Source: Haplodiscus bocki
Lineage: Eukaryota
Assembly (NCBI GenBank): GCA_965655095.1
Contig: OZ296651.1
Coordinates: forward strand, 57,288,001-57,352,000
Direction: 5' to 3'
Length of the DNA: 64,000 bases
Shown in pieces: positions 35,101-50,100 of the stretch (positions are counted from its first letter, which is position 1; each line of letters starts with the position of its first letter). The notes below the pieces were generated by a model. It worked only from the letters and a program-made list of their open reading frames with translations. It did no database searches and was not told the DNA's origin. A program made the position numbers and the translations under genes.

Positions 35101-38100
35101 TCACAAAAGAAGGGTTCGAGAAACCTCGATTCTCGAGATTTTTTCCGGAAGAAACTGATCGAAAAGCCTTGACACCCAAAGGAAAAGCTGTTATCTTTTA
35201 ATTGGGAGTCTGGTTGAAGCGATACAAACTTCAAGAAGGTTGAAGACTTAGGTCCCAAGATGAGGGATTCAAAATTGACAGTTTTTTCGGAAGACGAGCG
35301 TAAGCTCGTTTTCCAACACACTTTCGCTTGAAATGCGTACGATAAATCTTCTCTCGGTAACCAAAATGTAGATTAACATCTGATATTCTTCTATGCTTTA
35401 GCAACATTAAGGTTTTATCGAACTTGCTTCCCGTATAAGGAATTGAGATTTGAGTGGAAAAGTTGGAAAAAGCTCCATTTTCAAGATCTGTTCGCAGAAC
35501 TAAAATTAACTGCATGATAGATTTGAGTTCCTCGGTTAAGGTTTTCTGGAATTCAGGAGCTGCGTGACGGAGTAGAAGACTTGAATTTTAGAATAATTCG
35601 ATATACTAAAGAAGGACTCGATTTTCTATTTTACTTTCACCGAATAGCAGATCGAAAATTGTCGGACTGTAAGTGAAGGTGAGTATGTGACAGAAATCTC
35701 TTCGTTAAAACCGTGAAAAATTCGGGCTTTTTGGAGCCGAAGATGCAAAATTAAACCAACTATAATTTGACAACTATGATCAAAGTGTCCAGAGTTAGCT
35801 TCTTTTTCAATTTTCTCCCAGAAAAACATAGCAAAATTGCAGGATTGCAACTCAAGTTTAGTGTGTGATAAAAAACAGTCCTATCGTAAGCCTTGTCTAA
35901 AATTGAGGCATATCAGAGCCCTGCATGCAGAAATGAACGACTCATAATTTGACAATTTTTATCAAAGTTGTTGAAGTTTCTCGATTTTCGAATCTTTCTC
36001 AGAAAAACAATCAAAAATTCTCGGACCTGCACCAGAATTTGGTTTGTCATAGAAGAAGGTCTTTTCGTTAATCCTGTGCGAAATTCAGGTTATTTTGGAG
36101 CGCAGCTGGGACGAACAAGTGACTTTTAAAGTGATAAAGTCGTGTGCAGGTTGACAATTGTCTCGATTTTCAATTTTCTTTCGCATGGAAAACATCGGAA
36201 AATTGAAGGATAGCGCCGAAAATTTGGCATGTCATATAAAAAGGTCTATTCGTTAATCGTGTGCAAAATTCAGCCTTTGGGATTCCAGCTTAAGGAAAGA
36301 AGTGACTTACGATATGACGAAATCGTGACCAGGTTCACAATTGTCTCGATTTTCAATTCTTTCGCAGGAAAACCATCGAAAAATCAGACCACAACCAATT
36401 TTTAGTATGCGATAGAACAGAGGGACGTTATAAGCTTGTGACTTTTTTGGGCATTTTAGAGCCCCAAATTAGGCTTTGGTCTATTTGAAATGCTCCTGTT
36501 CAATATAGAGAAAGGGCTTTTCGTTCAAGGATTCGTCGTTTGCAAGCGAAAAATTTGTGCTGTTTTCTCTGTGGATCGTTGAAAGTGTCTTTTCATATGC
36601 AGTTGTTTGATAACCTTTATATGGATTTGTTGCGGTTAGCCTTTGCCTGGAATTTTTGTGAGATGGCAGAGGCTGTCGTGCACTTTTCTCGCCTAATGGC
36701 TGAACTTGCACACCGAAAATTAAGAGCTTTCTTCTGGCGTCTTCAGTCGAAACCATAATTCTTCTTGGCTTTTGGTCGGATTGTGCCTATCCAGTGCTCA
36801 GTCAGCTACCTGCTGCGTCCGAGTTTGTCTTTTTTGCATAGCTTTTCGCCTGGTGATTTTTTCAAACTGTGCCTAATTTCACCTTTTCTAGTCTTCCGAC
36901 AGTTTCGCTTGAAGGAGAGATTCTTGTCGCTTTATCAGTTCACGTCACTGATATTGCGTAACTTTCCATGCAATATTGATCATTCTGAATGCGACAGAAG
37001 AGTCTTTTTATGTTGTAGAAGATGTGATGTCAGCAGTAGTTTGCTGTGAAGTAGATGAGCGACAGATATGATGAGTTCAAGTCCGAGTTGGCTTGTTTTT
37101 TGCCAAGAGCAGTTCGACTGTTACACTTGCGACTAGCAGCTGTTATGTTTTTGGATCTTGAACCACTTTTTTCCAACCCGTTGAAAACACGTAACATATG
37201 TGTTTGATTTCATGTCGCGTTGCCTAATTTCTTGACACGGCCTAATATCAAGGTCATGTGCCTTTAACCCAGTGCCTACTACTCCTGTGGAGTTGCTTAG
37301 ACTTTGTTGCGTGAATTGCTGTTGAAAAAATTCAACATGTAATTCGAAAGTTGACGATTTTACTTTTACCCTTCGTTGAAAGTGTTTTCCATGAAGATGA
37401 TCAATTGGATAGCATCCGTCTGGCGCTTAATGGAATTTTTATTAGCTAATGGTCTTTTTGTTGGACAGGGTTAACTGTCTCATGATTTTTGACGAAATTC
37501 TTTGGCTTGTAATTTGAAAATCATTGACGTTTTTGTGGGTCCTTCAACAATTTTTTTTCAAGAGTTCTGGTCGGATTGTGCCCATCCAGTTTTGGTTGAA
37601 CTGGCCGCTCTCAGGAGTTTCCAGAGAAAAGCCTACATGTTTTATTTCCAATTGTCATCGCGAATTTATCTATTTTGTCTTTGAAATACCGGAGCTTTTC
37701 TAAATGAAGCCGCTCGTTTAGTGTATTTTCAATTACTAGTGGTCAGATTGGCTACCGTCATTGCTGATTCAACTAGCCGCTGTAGAAAAGATTCGGCAAG
37801 CGATCAGAAGACTTTGTAAAAACTTTTTTCGCGGAGTGACTTGATTGTTTTTTTCGAAAGGCTTAAGATGGTCTGAATTACCTCGCTAGTTAAATCGCTA
37901 AATCGCTTTTGTCAATGTATACTCGTTGGATTGGCTGCATCCAGTGATGCTTCAACTATCTATTGCTGTGAGTTTTCACAAGCTGCTGTTTTGGTTTCTT
38001 TCAAACTTTCCTCGCGAATTGTCTCAACTTGCGTTTGAAAATCGGAGGATAAATCACTCGTGTCGTTCGTAGGTGTTTGTCTTAACGACTACTGGTAGTA

Positions 38101-41100
38101 ATTAGTCTCCGGATTCAAAATTTCTGCAGTTGATTGAAAAACACACCACGTTGAAATTCTGCAGAAAATCAGTTATTTCTTCTGTCATAGTTTTCAAATG
38201 AATTTTCGTGACTTCTAGCTTGATTTTCAGAAAACTTACTGTGCATCTTTCAAAGTTGTTTTTCTCAAAGTGGATGGGTTGAATTGCTGCTATTCGGCAG
38301 TCATTGGAAAGCCCGCAAATTGAAGATTTTTTGATGGAGTCGGTATGTCCTGTTTCACTCTTCTCTCCCGAACCATCTTGATTTGTATTTTGAATTTCGG
38401 AAATATTTTACTTGCTGTTTTTTCTAAATGTTTTTTCTCGGAATTCACTAGTTAAACTCCTGACTTCCAGTGCATCTCCGGGAACTTGAAGTTCGGAGAA
38501 TCCGCGAGGAAGCAGGCATGTCACGTTTTGTACCCTACACATGAAGTTTTTCCACTTGTTTTCGTTAATCGGATTTTTTTCTTGCGTTATTTCTGGAAGT
38601 TGTTTTTTTTTCTTGAAGTTGTTGGTTTTTTTCTTGCGTTATTTCTGGAAGTTTTTTCCTGAAAACTACTTGTTGGATTGCGGCTTTTCAGGGCTCATTT
38701 AAACTCTTGCAAAATGGAGAGTGTGCGGGAATATCATGTTTCGTACTTCTCTGGCAAGTTATTCATTTGTATTTTGAAATTCGAAAATGCTTTACATCCG
38801 TCTTTTCTTGAAACTTTTTCTCAAAATACTTGTTCTCTGAAAGGCCGTCCTGTGGTCTTTTCAAAGAAAGCTCCCGATATGAGAATCTTTGAAGCAGGAG
38901 GATTGTCATGTTTTGTACTTCTTTTTACCGCGCATGAAACGGTTTGACTTGGTTTTTGTAGTTTGGAGAATCATAAATTGCGTCAGTTCCCAAAATGGTT
39001 TTTCTGAAGTCAACTGGTTGTATTGCTGTTATCCTATGCTCAGTCAACTATCTGCTTCCCCAAGTATTGGTGAAGTATGAGAGATGGTCTATTCGATTAG
39101 TTTTTCGAAGAACACATTATTGCACTTTTCCTCGCCGTTTTGAAAGCTCTCATTCAGTTTTGTCACTCTGTGCCGAATAAATTGATTTCACCGCTGTTGT
39201 TGCGCAGTTTTTGATGCTATTACCTTCATTTGGAATGCGGCAGCATCATCATTTTAAGAGGCCGAATTAATGATGGTTTCATCAACAGTAGTCTAGTGTA
39301 AATTATGTGTGACGGATATGCTCAGGTCACTTCCGACTTTGTTTGTTTTCTGGTTGTTTGGAAGTCTTTTAGTTGTACCAATTAGTGACTAGTTTTTGGT
39401 ATTGAATAGAATCGTCAACCACTGTTTTCCGATCCGTTCAAAACCCATTACATGTGCGTTCTCGCTGGTAAAGTATACGTTCCCGTTATCGTTGAATTTG
39501 TTCCAGCCACGTTGCTGTCTGTCATTTTTTTCCTCACGTGGCGCAAAAAAACGTTCATCTAGCGCTCACTCGATTTCTTGTGAACTAGCGTTCCTGCGGG
39601 TTTGCTGAGGTCGATTGCTTCGTAATTTTCTACCGAAAATTTTGGACGTCTGTTTAGATACGTAACAATGTCTTTACTTTTGTCTGTCGTTGAAAGTGTT
39701 TACCATGAAGGGTAGCGGTTGGAGTGCGTCCGTCCGACTCTAATTTGGATTCTTGTTAGCTAGTGGACAGGGGTGACTCTAATTTTGAAAATTTTTGTCT
39801 TGTAATTTGAAAATCATCGATGTTTTTTCCTGAGTCGTTCGTTAAAGTTGCTTTTGTGATGACTACTTTTTGGAATCGATCCATTCGGTGTTGATTGACG
39901 TACCCATTGTCGGGAGCTTCCAGAAAGCAACCTGTATGGTTTGTTTGGAACTTTCATCGGGAGATTTCTTCATAAGATAGTTTACTTTTCCTTCGTTATT
40001 GTTTTTGTAACGACTCCTGGTAATTGTTTTTCGGATTTCAAGTATCTAATGTTGACTGAGGGACAGACAATTTTGGGTATTTGCAGAAAAGCAGGGATGT
40101 CCCATTTCATACTTTCCAAGGGAAGTTTGTACTTGGAGATCGGGAAACTTTTCTTTTTACCCTTCACAATTTTTTACCACTGTTTGGATTGACGCCATGC
40201 AATGCTCATTTCAAAGGGCACTTTTTGGGGAAGCTGTGGAAAAACGCCGCCATTTCATAACTGTGAATTTTTTACTTATTCGATTTTCTGTTTTTTTTTA
40301 AGTTGCGTTTTAAGACGCAGAGACTACTGATTGCATTGCGGCAAACACTCTGTTGATTGAGAATCCTGCAATATCGGAAAGTTGTGTTTTTCAGTTCATT
40401 TTCTCGCCTGTTCTGTGTCGTACTACACTTTCTCTTAGTAGTAAAAATTTGTAGTGAAACCGGTTTTTGCCCCGTTTTTTGTCGTGTTCAAAACATGCAT
40501 TTTTTGCCGTCATCAAAAGTCTCTTCATCTAGTATAAACGGACAAGAATGGCCTCCACATGGCTGGCACTTGTCCGTTTTCGCGTTGTCTACTGTGCAAT
40601 CTCCGTAGATTTTGGACTGTGAAATGGGTAAACTGAAAAGACTTGATTGACTAATCAATTTTTTGAACATTGTTGCTGCTTTCGTTGTGCACTTGGAAAT
40701 TTCCTAAACATTGGCAGGAAAATGGATCCCTTAAATGACATGTTTGACATACCAACTTTTAGAGTATGAAACCCTGTGATAGGTACTTGTCTCAATTTTA
40801 ATTTTTCGAACATAGTCCCAGTGGACAGATGATGTAGTATTTCTGCAGATATCAATCAGTTCTCCGATCCTGGCTTCAGATAACACTCAGCATCCGTGAT
40901 CTCTGCAGACAAGTCAGAATGTGTTGTGAAGTTCCGCTTCACACCTGTGTTTACACATTCTTACTGAAATGGAGAGTGTGTAGTAAAACAGGCCTTAGTT
41001 TAGTTTCATTGCACTGATCAAAATTTCATTTTTTGACGTCATCAGAGGTTTAGTCATCTAGCGTAAACGGTCTCTTCTTGTCGAGTACTTGATCATTTTC

Positions 41101-44100
41101 GGGTTGTTTACTGTCGAAATTTCTTAAACTTTTGCTAGTAGAATGACGTAACCGGAGAAGACATGTGACTTATCAATGTTTTGAATGAGCCAATGCGGCA
41201 GGTACTAGTTCGTTTTAGCGTTGTTTAATGTGCACATTATCAGAGAGTCTTTTCATCTAGTGTCAACGGTGAACGATCTCTTTTTGGCTGGTACTTGTTC
41301 ATTGCCGCGTTGATGAATATGCAACTTTCCTAAATATTCGGGAGCAAAATGGCGTAACCTGAAAAGACATTATTGACGTACCAGCTTTTCGGGTATGGGA
41401 CTTTGTGCTAGGTACTTGTCTCAATTTGACCTTTTCTAACATACTCTTGGTTGAAAGCTTGTTTATTGTTTCCAAGAGTGTCAGTCACATCTCCGATCAT
41501 GGTTTCAGTTTCTTTCGAGATCCATGATCTCAACTGACATGTCAGAATGTGTTGCGAAATTCCGCTCTGCCTCTGTCAATTCACATTGACTGAAAGGAAG
41601 ATTATGTATGGCAACCAGCTGATGCCCAATTTTTTAAATCCTGAAAAGACCTGATTGTCATATATATATATATATTTATTATGAAACCCTGTGACAGTAA
41701 CTTGTCTTAATTTGACAATTTTTTTTCGAATTAATGCGATAATACGCAGTCTAATTAAGGGGTTGTGACTGGAGAAAAGTTGAATGGAATACCAAATACG
41801 TATTTGATGTTTGTATCAATATCGAATACTGCAAACAAGCCTCCTAAACCAGCTAAGTTTGCTTGCTTGTTTCTTGGAACAAAACTTGAATTTCAGATTT
41901 TGAAACCGTGACTAAAAATTGCGTTTCTAGTGCTACCGGAAGATCTCGAAGGTACAGTAGAGTTTGGATAATATGAAATTATCGGTACTAACTCGATCGC
42001 ATTTCAAGTTTTGATTTCTGCGAAATTTGACATGAAATAACTAAAACTGTTCCCATATGAGACACATCGACGCTTCTTCCCAAAATTGTGAAAATTGCGC
42101 CAGAAACTGATTGTTCGAGTTCTGCAGAAATAAGCTTTACTCAAAAAGCAGTAGATAAAAACGTTTGTTAAAAAGTAATTTTTGTTGAGTCCTATATTGG
42201 GTCGTAATATTAAGAAATTCTACTTCATATTGAGCTGAGTAATCTGTATTGAATATCTCAATTGAAACCAAGTTTTAAAAATCATCTTGTTTGAGCTCAT
42301 TAACTGTTGTGTTTGGAGCCCTTTCCGAATTTTTGGATGTCCAAAAACTAGTTTGCTCTAAAATCAAAAGTTTCAGCTCCTGAGACTCCTGTAATTTTGG
42401 AAGAACACTGCCGAGGTCAGGGCAACAAGTACCAACTGCAATGGACTTGTCCAGAAAACGGCCAGGGAGGTGAACGAGACCGGGTGGTTGACAGCTACAC
42501 AGTTGAATACAGACCCATGCAAAGAGGAAACGACTGGGTGGCCTACGAAGGTATCGGAGTTAGTCACTGTCATCTGAAAGATCTTCTCTACGACACAGAA
42601 TACTCAGTGAGAGTGAAAGCCCTGAACATTAGCGGTGAGAACCCAAGATGTTTTTATTATGTGTCTTTTATCTAAGATCGTTCAAAGCACTGTGAAGCAG
42701 GATCAGAACGATTGTCAAAAAATTAAGTTCTCATCAAGTTTAATAGGATAAAGTACATCTTTCATACTTTAAGACATCATCTAATGAAGAAAAAATACTT
42801 AGCTGAGTATTTTTCATAGTATTCAACTTTCTGAGCAGGTACTGCAAGCTCATGTAAATTGTATAATTTCAGTTGATATTATAACATAATAGAAAATGAG
42901 AAATTATTAAACAATAAGGATAATTGTATTTATCTTAGTGTCATACAAAATCAAAACAATCTTAGCAAAGATTTTAATTGCAACATGAAAAGACATCGGA
43001 AAAGCACCATGAGCTTGTGTGAGGATGCCCAATAATACCTAATAACGAAGACAATAATTCTATATATTAAATACGAGTCAAAGGTCACATTGGGAAACGC
43101 ATTTTTTTATTTAGTATCTTAATAGGCAAACTAAGGAATCGGTATCATTTTTCTTTTAGGTGAGAGCGACTACAGTGACTCGATCATCATCAAAACTGGA
43201 AGTCCGCCCATTAAGTTTTCGATGGATGTTGAAACTGCACATGTAAATCTCAAGATGACAAGTAATTCGTCAATTGTGTATGACAGAGCCGGTGCTAAAT
43301 CGAGAAATGCGGGACAGTTTTCATTCATTGGAGCGTCTTTCTCTGTTTTGGGAGACAAAAGCGTGCTGAGAGGCAAACATTATTGGGAAGCGAAGGTCAA
43401 GACAAAGGGATCAGACAGAATTGGTTTGTTCTTCACTCATACTTTCAAAAATTTCGAAAATTCCTGAAATATTTGAATTTTCTTGTTTTTTAATCGGCTC
43501 TTTTTTACCAGAATGGGTTTGTTTTTTTTGAGGGCGTAGATGGTGAACTCATCAGACTCTGCATTTCAATTTCAATTTTTAAAAAGGTTAATTTTGAGCT
43601 TCTAAAGGCCTCAAACAAGGGGAATAAATCCTCCTGCACGTTGTTTTAGAAAAAAATGGGCCTTTGGTGTACAGTATCTTCTTGTGATACCTACCCTTTT
43701 TGCGTATACCAAAATGTTTCGAAAAACCTCCAAACGAGAATTTTGAATGAAAGGTTTTCTCAGACAGTTTACATTGTACTGAAGAGTTTCTCCACGAAGT
43801 TTTTGGAACAGCGAGAGAGATGAAAAACGTGATTGAATCAATTTTTTGTCAGAGAGGTAGATTTTTTATAAAGAAAAAGTGCATCATATGTACATTCTGA
43901 GCCGTGTCTGCGGCGTCTATTTCTTAAGCTGGCAACGAGAGCTTCTTACGATTGATATTTTTGGACTGCACGGTATCAACTCGGTCGTATTAAAACCACT
44001 TTTTTGCTTTCTTGATATTTCGCGTACAAAAGACCTGGTAAAAATACCAACCAATGCAAATTTCGAATTCGCCGTTTGTCTTTTGGAGATAAACTTCTCA

Positions 44101-47100
44101 AAAAAAACCGCTGAAATGGAGAGTCAGTCAATTACGCTGAGCTTTTTTACGAACACTTTCCTTCCCGAAAACTGGAGATCGGATTGCAACCAGCCAGTGT
44201 TAATTCCACTACTTGTAGGACGGAGAATCTGCTGAAATCCAAGGATCTTGATTTTGATTCTTCATCAGGAAAATATCCTTACGTGAACCTCAAAGTTTAT
44301 TTAGCTGGTGATTTTCGTGAGCCTTTTGACCGCGTTGCAACATCAACTGTTGATTCCACCAACCTCTTCCAAAACCTTAAATTTTGCCCGAAACCAGGGA
44401 TATGCGCTTTTTTACTTGGAGCATATCTCAATATCAACATTGAAAAGCATCAAAAGTTTTCCGGTAAGTGCTGATTTCATTAACTATTTCCTTGAAAAAT
44501 TTTGATTGGATTACAACCATACGATATTGATTCTCTGCTTGGAAAATCAGCTGAAACACGGGTCAGAATTTCGATTCATTATCCGGAAATTATCTAATTG
44601 TATGTAAACATCCGGAAATTTTTCGGCAGTCATCTTATGATGTTTTTGCTGAAAAGTAATGACAGCTTTCCAACCAACCCAGTGTTGATTCGACTAAACG
44701 CAGTTGAGAAAATCTGCTGAAAGCTAGGGATCTCCATTCTCATAAATTTTGCGGAAGTTTTCTGTTGGAACTTCGCATTTCAGGGATTTTGTAAACCGAC
44801 TGATGGTTTCCAGAAAACTTTTCCTGAATTCTGTCGATCAGGCTACGGCCATCCAGGGTTCAATCGACTACCGGTAGCTCAAAACAGCTGTAAACCATTA
44901 TCTGACATTTGACGAAAATATCTCAACTTGAACCTCGAAGATCTATTTTAACTGAAAGAAGACTTGAAAAGCGATTGAAGCTCTTGTAGTTTTGCTAGCT
45001 TTTTTAGAAAGCAACGCTTTGACTGCGTGTGTAGGCTGGTAACATCAGCTTATCACGATCGATTCACGTTACTTTTTTGTGGCCATTGCCAACTCGCATT
45101 TATTACCTTTTCAAATCATTTTGTTCGTTACTTCGCTAATAGTAAACAGGTGATGGGAGCAAGTCTATATCGCTTGAATTAATTAAAATTTTCTCTTTCC
45201 GTCTTCTTGTCAATAATAGGGCGCAAAAAATGGAATTTAACGTTGGGACCGCTGAATTAGATAGTCTGTAAATTGGTACAGCTTTTTTCAGAGGCGTTTT
45301 TTTCTTTGATAACTTCTTTACTCTTAATTGGGTACAAATTATATTCTGCTAAATGAGCTACTCGTATTTGGCAATATCTACTGAAAGATTTTCAATTTAA
45401 TACACTATTCAGACTATATTCCAGTTGAAGCTTCGAAATTTTGTTCAGGAGAATGATATTTTCACAACTGATTTTCCTGATTGGTTTTGATTGTATTGCA
45501 ACTATTCGCTAGCAGACCAACTACATGCAATTCCGCCGAAGGTCAGGGTTCTCCAATGTCTTTTGGTATTCGGATTTTATTCCAGTCCAAATTTCGGTCA
45601 TTTTCTAACGGATTACTTTTTTCTCTAACAGAAAGATTTTCTCTAACAATTTGGTCAGTACTGCAATCATCCTTTTTCAATCTAACTACTTGCTGTTCCA
45701 GTAATCTAGTTCGTACCATTGATGCCAGTTTTCATTCCAACTGCTCAAGCAAGTTTTAAATGACTGGCTTCTGCATTCTTTTTTTCCCGATCCATTCATA
45801 ACTCACACATTCCTAGATTTTTACCAAAGAGAGGTGGAGTGTCCTAGTCTCGAACTTGGGACCACTGGTACTGCAGTTGCACAATTTACTGACTCGTCCT
45901 TTGCCGCTTGATAAACAGTATTTTAATTTAAAATATCAGACGAATGAAATTTCATAGCGTTTCTCACTTGTATGTCAATTAGAAGAATTAACTGAGTTTC
46001 TATACACCTGTTATCAGTAGTATTCTGAGCTTTATGGCCCCTTCATAGATCAATTACTTTTAGTCGATGTCCTCACTAATATTCCGTTGGTACTGTTGTT
46101 GGAAACCACAGCTTCGTCTCTGTGTAAATTATGCGAAAAAGTTTCAATTCTAATTTAGTTGTTTATGAATTTAGTTGTTTGTGAAGAGAATGCTGTTTTT
46201 AATGAATTTTGTAACATTATTTTCTTAATTTTGATCGACTTTTTTTTTAATTCGAGCATGCACAGCTCCGGAACTCTGCTAACAGCTACGCACCTCGATT
46301 TTCATAGATTATACGGATACGGACGTGTTTAAATTCAAACTTAAATTGATTTTTTTTTCAGAATAGCTTTTTCGAGAGCGAATTTGGAATAATATTGTCC
46401 TAATTGCAATCTACACTGTGTAACTCAAGTACTGGTGGCTTTCAAAGTGTGCCGAAAACCACGGATATCTAATTTTTCACAATATACGGAATTGCTTATG
46501 ATCAAATGCAAAAATTTAGGATTTTTTTTACCAGTGTGTCTTCGAAAAATGAATTTCTTGAACAATCTTCTTTCTTTTGAATCGAGCAGTTATTATTCAA
46601 GTACCTGTAACTCAAAAAATCTCAAATCCATTTATCTACATTTTAATACATTTTACGTTTACGAAAATTTTTTAATTTAAATTCAAAATAATAGTTTTGA
46701 AACAGAATAGCTTTTTGGATTGCAAATTGTGAATAGTTTTGTCCTAATTGCAATCTACACTTTGTAACTCAAGTACTGGCAGCTTTCAAATTGTGCTGAA
46801 AACTATGAACAATTTTTTCGTAACAATATACGGAAATTTTTCGATTCGAATTTGAGTTTTCAGATTTTTTGAACAGAGTGATGTCTTCTAAAGTTAATAT
46901 CTTATAGTTCTCTTAATCTCGATCTATCAATTTTACTTGAAGTACTTGCAGCGCGGAAAATCTGTTGAAATCTACGTATCTACATTTTCATACATGGTAC
47001 GGATACTGAACAATTTTAATTCAAACTTGAAAAGGTAGTTATTTTATAAACAGAATATCGTTTTGGAAAGTGAATTTCGATCTGTATTGTTTTAATTACT

Positions 47101-50100
47101 ACCTACCCAACTTAATTCAAGTAGTGACAGCGCTGAAGTTGTGATGGATGCCGCGGATCTGTAAATTGATATAGGATTCGGAGATATGTAGTTTAAATTT
47201 CGCAACTTAGATTACCTTTCAACAGATTTGTTTTTTTCAATTTAAACTTTATTTAGTGAATAGTATTGCCGAGATTCCACTAATCCATTTTCACTTTGCA
47301 ACCTTTACTGTATGACGGATACCTCCGCTTCATCTTGTGTCTGAAAAAGTTCCCAAAATAAACTTGAAATTTTTGATACGTTTTTCTAGCTGCATGATGT
47401 ATTCGAAAGTGATTTTTCTGAACACTATTGATTCCGTTGCAACTTTCCAATGTTTCTACGCCAACTCGCCGTCATTAAAGTCTGTCTACAATCAGGATTT
47501 GTTTTTCATTTTCAAGAGGAGAATATGTAAGTTTGATTTTGGAATAACTGATGCAAAAAATAACAATTCATGCTTCGGAAGTATTTTTTTGAGCACTTTC
47601 GATTGGATAAAGACTACTCCTTTCGATGTTGCCAGCTCTGCGAAGCTCCGTATCGGCTCTTTAAGTTGACAACGCCAGATTATTACGATCCACGTTGTTT
47701 TTTGTTCGGACATAGACACCTCGCATTAATTAGTGTGCTCGTTTCACTTGTTTCTGCCTTCGAAATTTTTTGCGTATTTGCTTCGGTAGAAACGTTCCTT
47801 TCAAGTTATAAAAATCCATTGAGAAATCCAAATTTCAAATGTTACAGTAACGGGAGTTTTGTTTGCCCCAATGCCCCCAAATCTCCTGTATTCTGGGTAA
47901 AACTGATGCAAAGCTCAATGTATTTTTGCTGGACGTTCTGTTTTTTTTTCAGAAACCTTACAAGTTTATTATCGCCTACTAAATTTTGGATGCGATCCGA
48001 AAATTGGTTTTTTGCCGAAGAACTTTGAACTTTTTTGATAGTTTGACTTTATTTGTGTAATCAGAAGTTTTTTCGTAATTGAGCTTCTAAATTGTGCGGA
48101 TGCTTATTGAGCAGACTCTTCTGGTTCCAGTGCGAATGTTTGTTAGGCGCGGAAGAGGCTTTTTGAAGGTTTTCAATCCTTTATCCTTGAAGATAAGTTT
48201 GAAGATAACCAACTATTTTCAGGGGCATCACAAAATGACCTCTGTCTCCTGCATACTCAATTTTTTTGCTGTCAATAAATCTTTCGATAGCTTTTTGCCA
48301 GAGAACTTTAAAACCGAGCAATTTGCAGTTTTTTGGCAGTTTTAAGGCTGCGCTTTTTAACAGTAAAAGTGCGCACCTATTACAGTAACTTGTGTTTTTT
48401 ATAACACCATCAAAATTGGCGAAATTCTACACTGTTTTCTACACTCACAACCCCAAGTGATTGGTACTGTAGATAACCCCGGTGGTCATAGGGTTCCGAA
48501 GTTACAGGTCGCGGTCTCGAAACCCGGTATAGGCTATCATTCTCAAGTTTTCTTATGGTACACTGCGTAGGACAAAACGGTTCCCATTCGAAAGTGAGTT
48601 AAGGCTTCAGTACAAGGTATCTATTTCGCATTTCATACCAAAAATCTAACTACTTGGTAAAGTTTTTGTACCTTTGGTGCAGATTTTTTTCGTGGTGCCC
48701 CCCTTATAGAATTACCGAATCGACAGGGAGCGGGTTCCAATCCCAGCATAAGCCATGATTTTTTCTAGCAGACTCATTTTCTTCCAACATTAAAATCCAC
48801 TTCGTCCTAAAATGGTTTTTGAGCTATGAGAGTGACGCCAACATGGGTGGTTCTCACTTTGTTCATATGTGGTCCGAAACAAGCCCATCTTTTTTAAATG
48901 CTCAACAAGGAGGTTTTAAAGTATCACATGCTACATTTCTGTTCCGGTTGGTAAATGCGAAAAAAAATGTTTTTTCACACATTCGGACTGAAGGAAATAT
49001 GTTTCTTGGAAATCGACCTGTGCTCAGTTTTTTTTCTGTCCAAAACGTGCATTTTTGACGTCATAGAGCTAGCCATTTTGTGTAAGCGGGCAAAAACGAA
49101 TTCTTTTGGCAGGTACTTGTTAATTTTTGCGTTGTGTAATGTGAAATTTTGTTTTTGTTGGAACTTTGGGCAGCAAATTTGCGTAAACTGAAAAAAAGGT
49201 GATTGATGTTTGACACATCCAATTTTCGAGTATGAAACATTGTGACAGGTTATTCTCTGGATTTGACTTCTTCGAGCAAACTTTCATTTGGCAGCTGGTG
49301 CAGTGATTCTAAAAGTTTTAATCCCATCTGTGATCATGGTTTCAAATGTCTTCAGCGATCAGTCAGAATGTGTTACGAAGTCTCTCAGCTCTTCTCTCAG
49401 CTTTTGGAGGAAGTTTGTCAGATTTCAATCCGTAGCCTAGATGAGGAGTCTGAAAAACAACATTCTTTATATAGTCATTACGAGGAGACTCTAATATTTA
49501 ACTTGTTTTTCTTGGTTGCGGTGAAGTTTGTTCTTCTTCACGTCATTTTGCCAGAGGAAACAAAACCTGAAAAACTCTGTTTTGAAGATCACTTATATCA
49601 AACCTTTGAGATTCTGAGTTTCGAGTAAATTTTGAGACCTTGCTTTCCTCCCTTTTCAATGAAGCTCTCAACCTGAGCCTAAGATTGAGTTCCTTAGTGC
49701 CTATCTTTTTAAGACTCCCGCAGCTCAGTGATGCAACTCTTTACGTTCGGCTTGACAGTTTTTACTTTTTTCTATTTCAAAGCTTGGGCTTTTCCGATTT
49801 TCTCCTCCGAGAAAATCTTTCGTTTCGTGTAGAGCTCGATTCCGCAATCGGTGATTCCGGAAGCGTTTGTTCTAACTGCTGAGCCGTCTACTCCTGAAAG
49901 ATTCCACATTACTTGTCTAATTAAACCTCATAGCTGCTATTAAAGGTGAATTGTAGAAATTTCTTTTCTTAATTCAGAAGTATTATTTCAACGTCCATCA
50001 ATGGGATTATTATGGCTTTTATTTGAAACATTTTTACGAACCGGAGAATTGGTTTAGTGAAAGGGACTGCATGTTTCGTTGATTTTATGGGAAATAATTC

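Noticed and set aside
48465-48545. Functional tRNA gene
   Set aside because: Only a degenerate B-box; I could not build a cloverleaf or acceptor stem.
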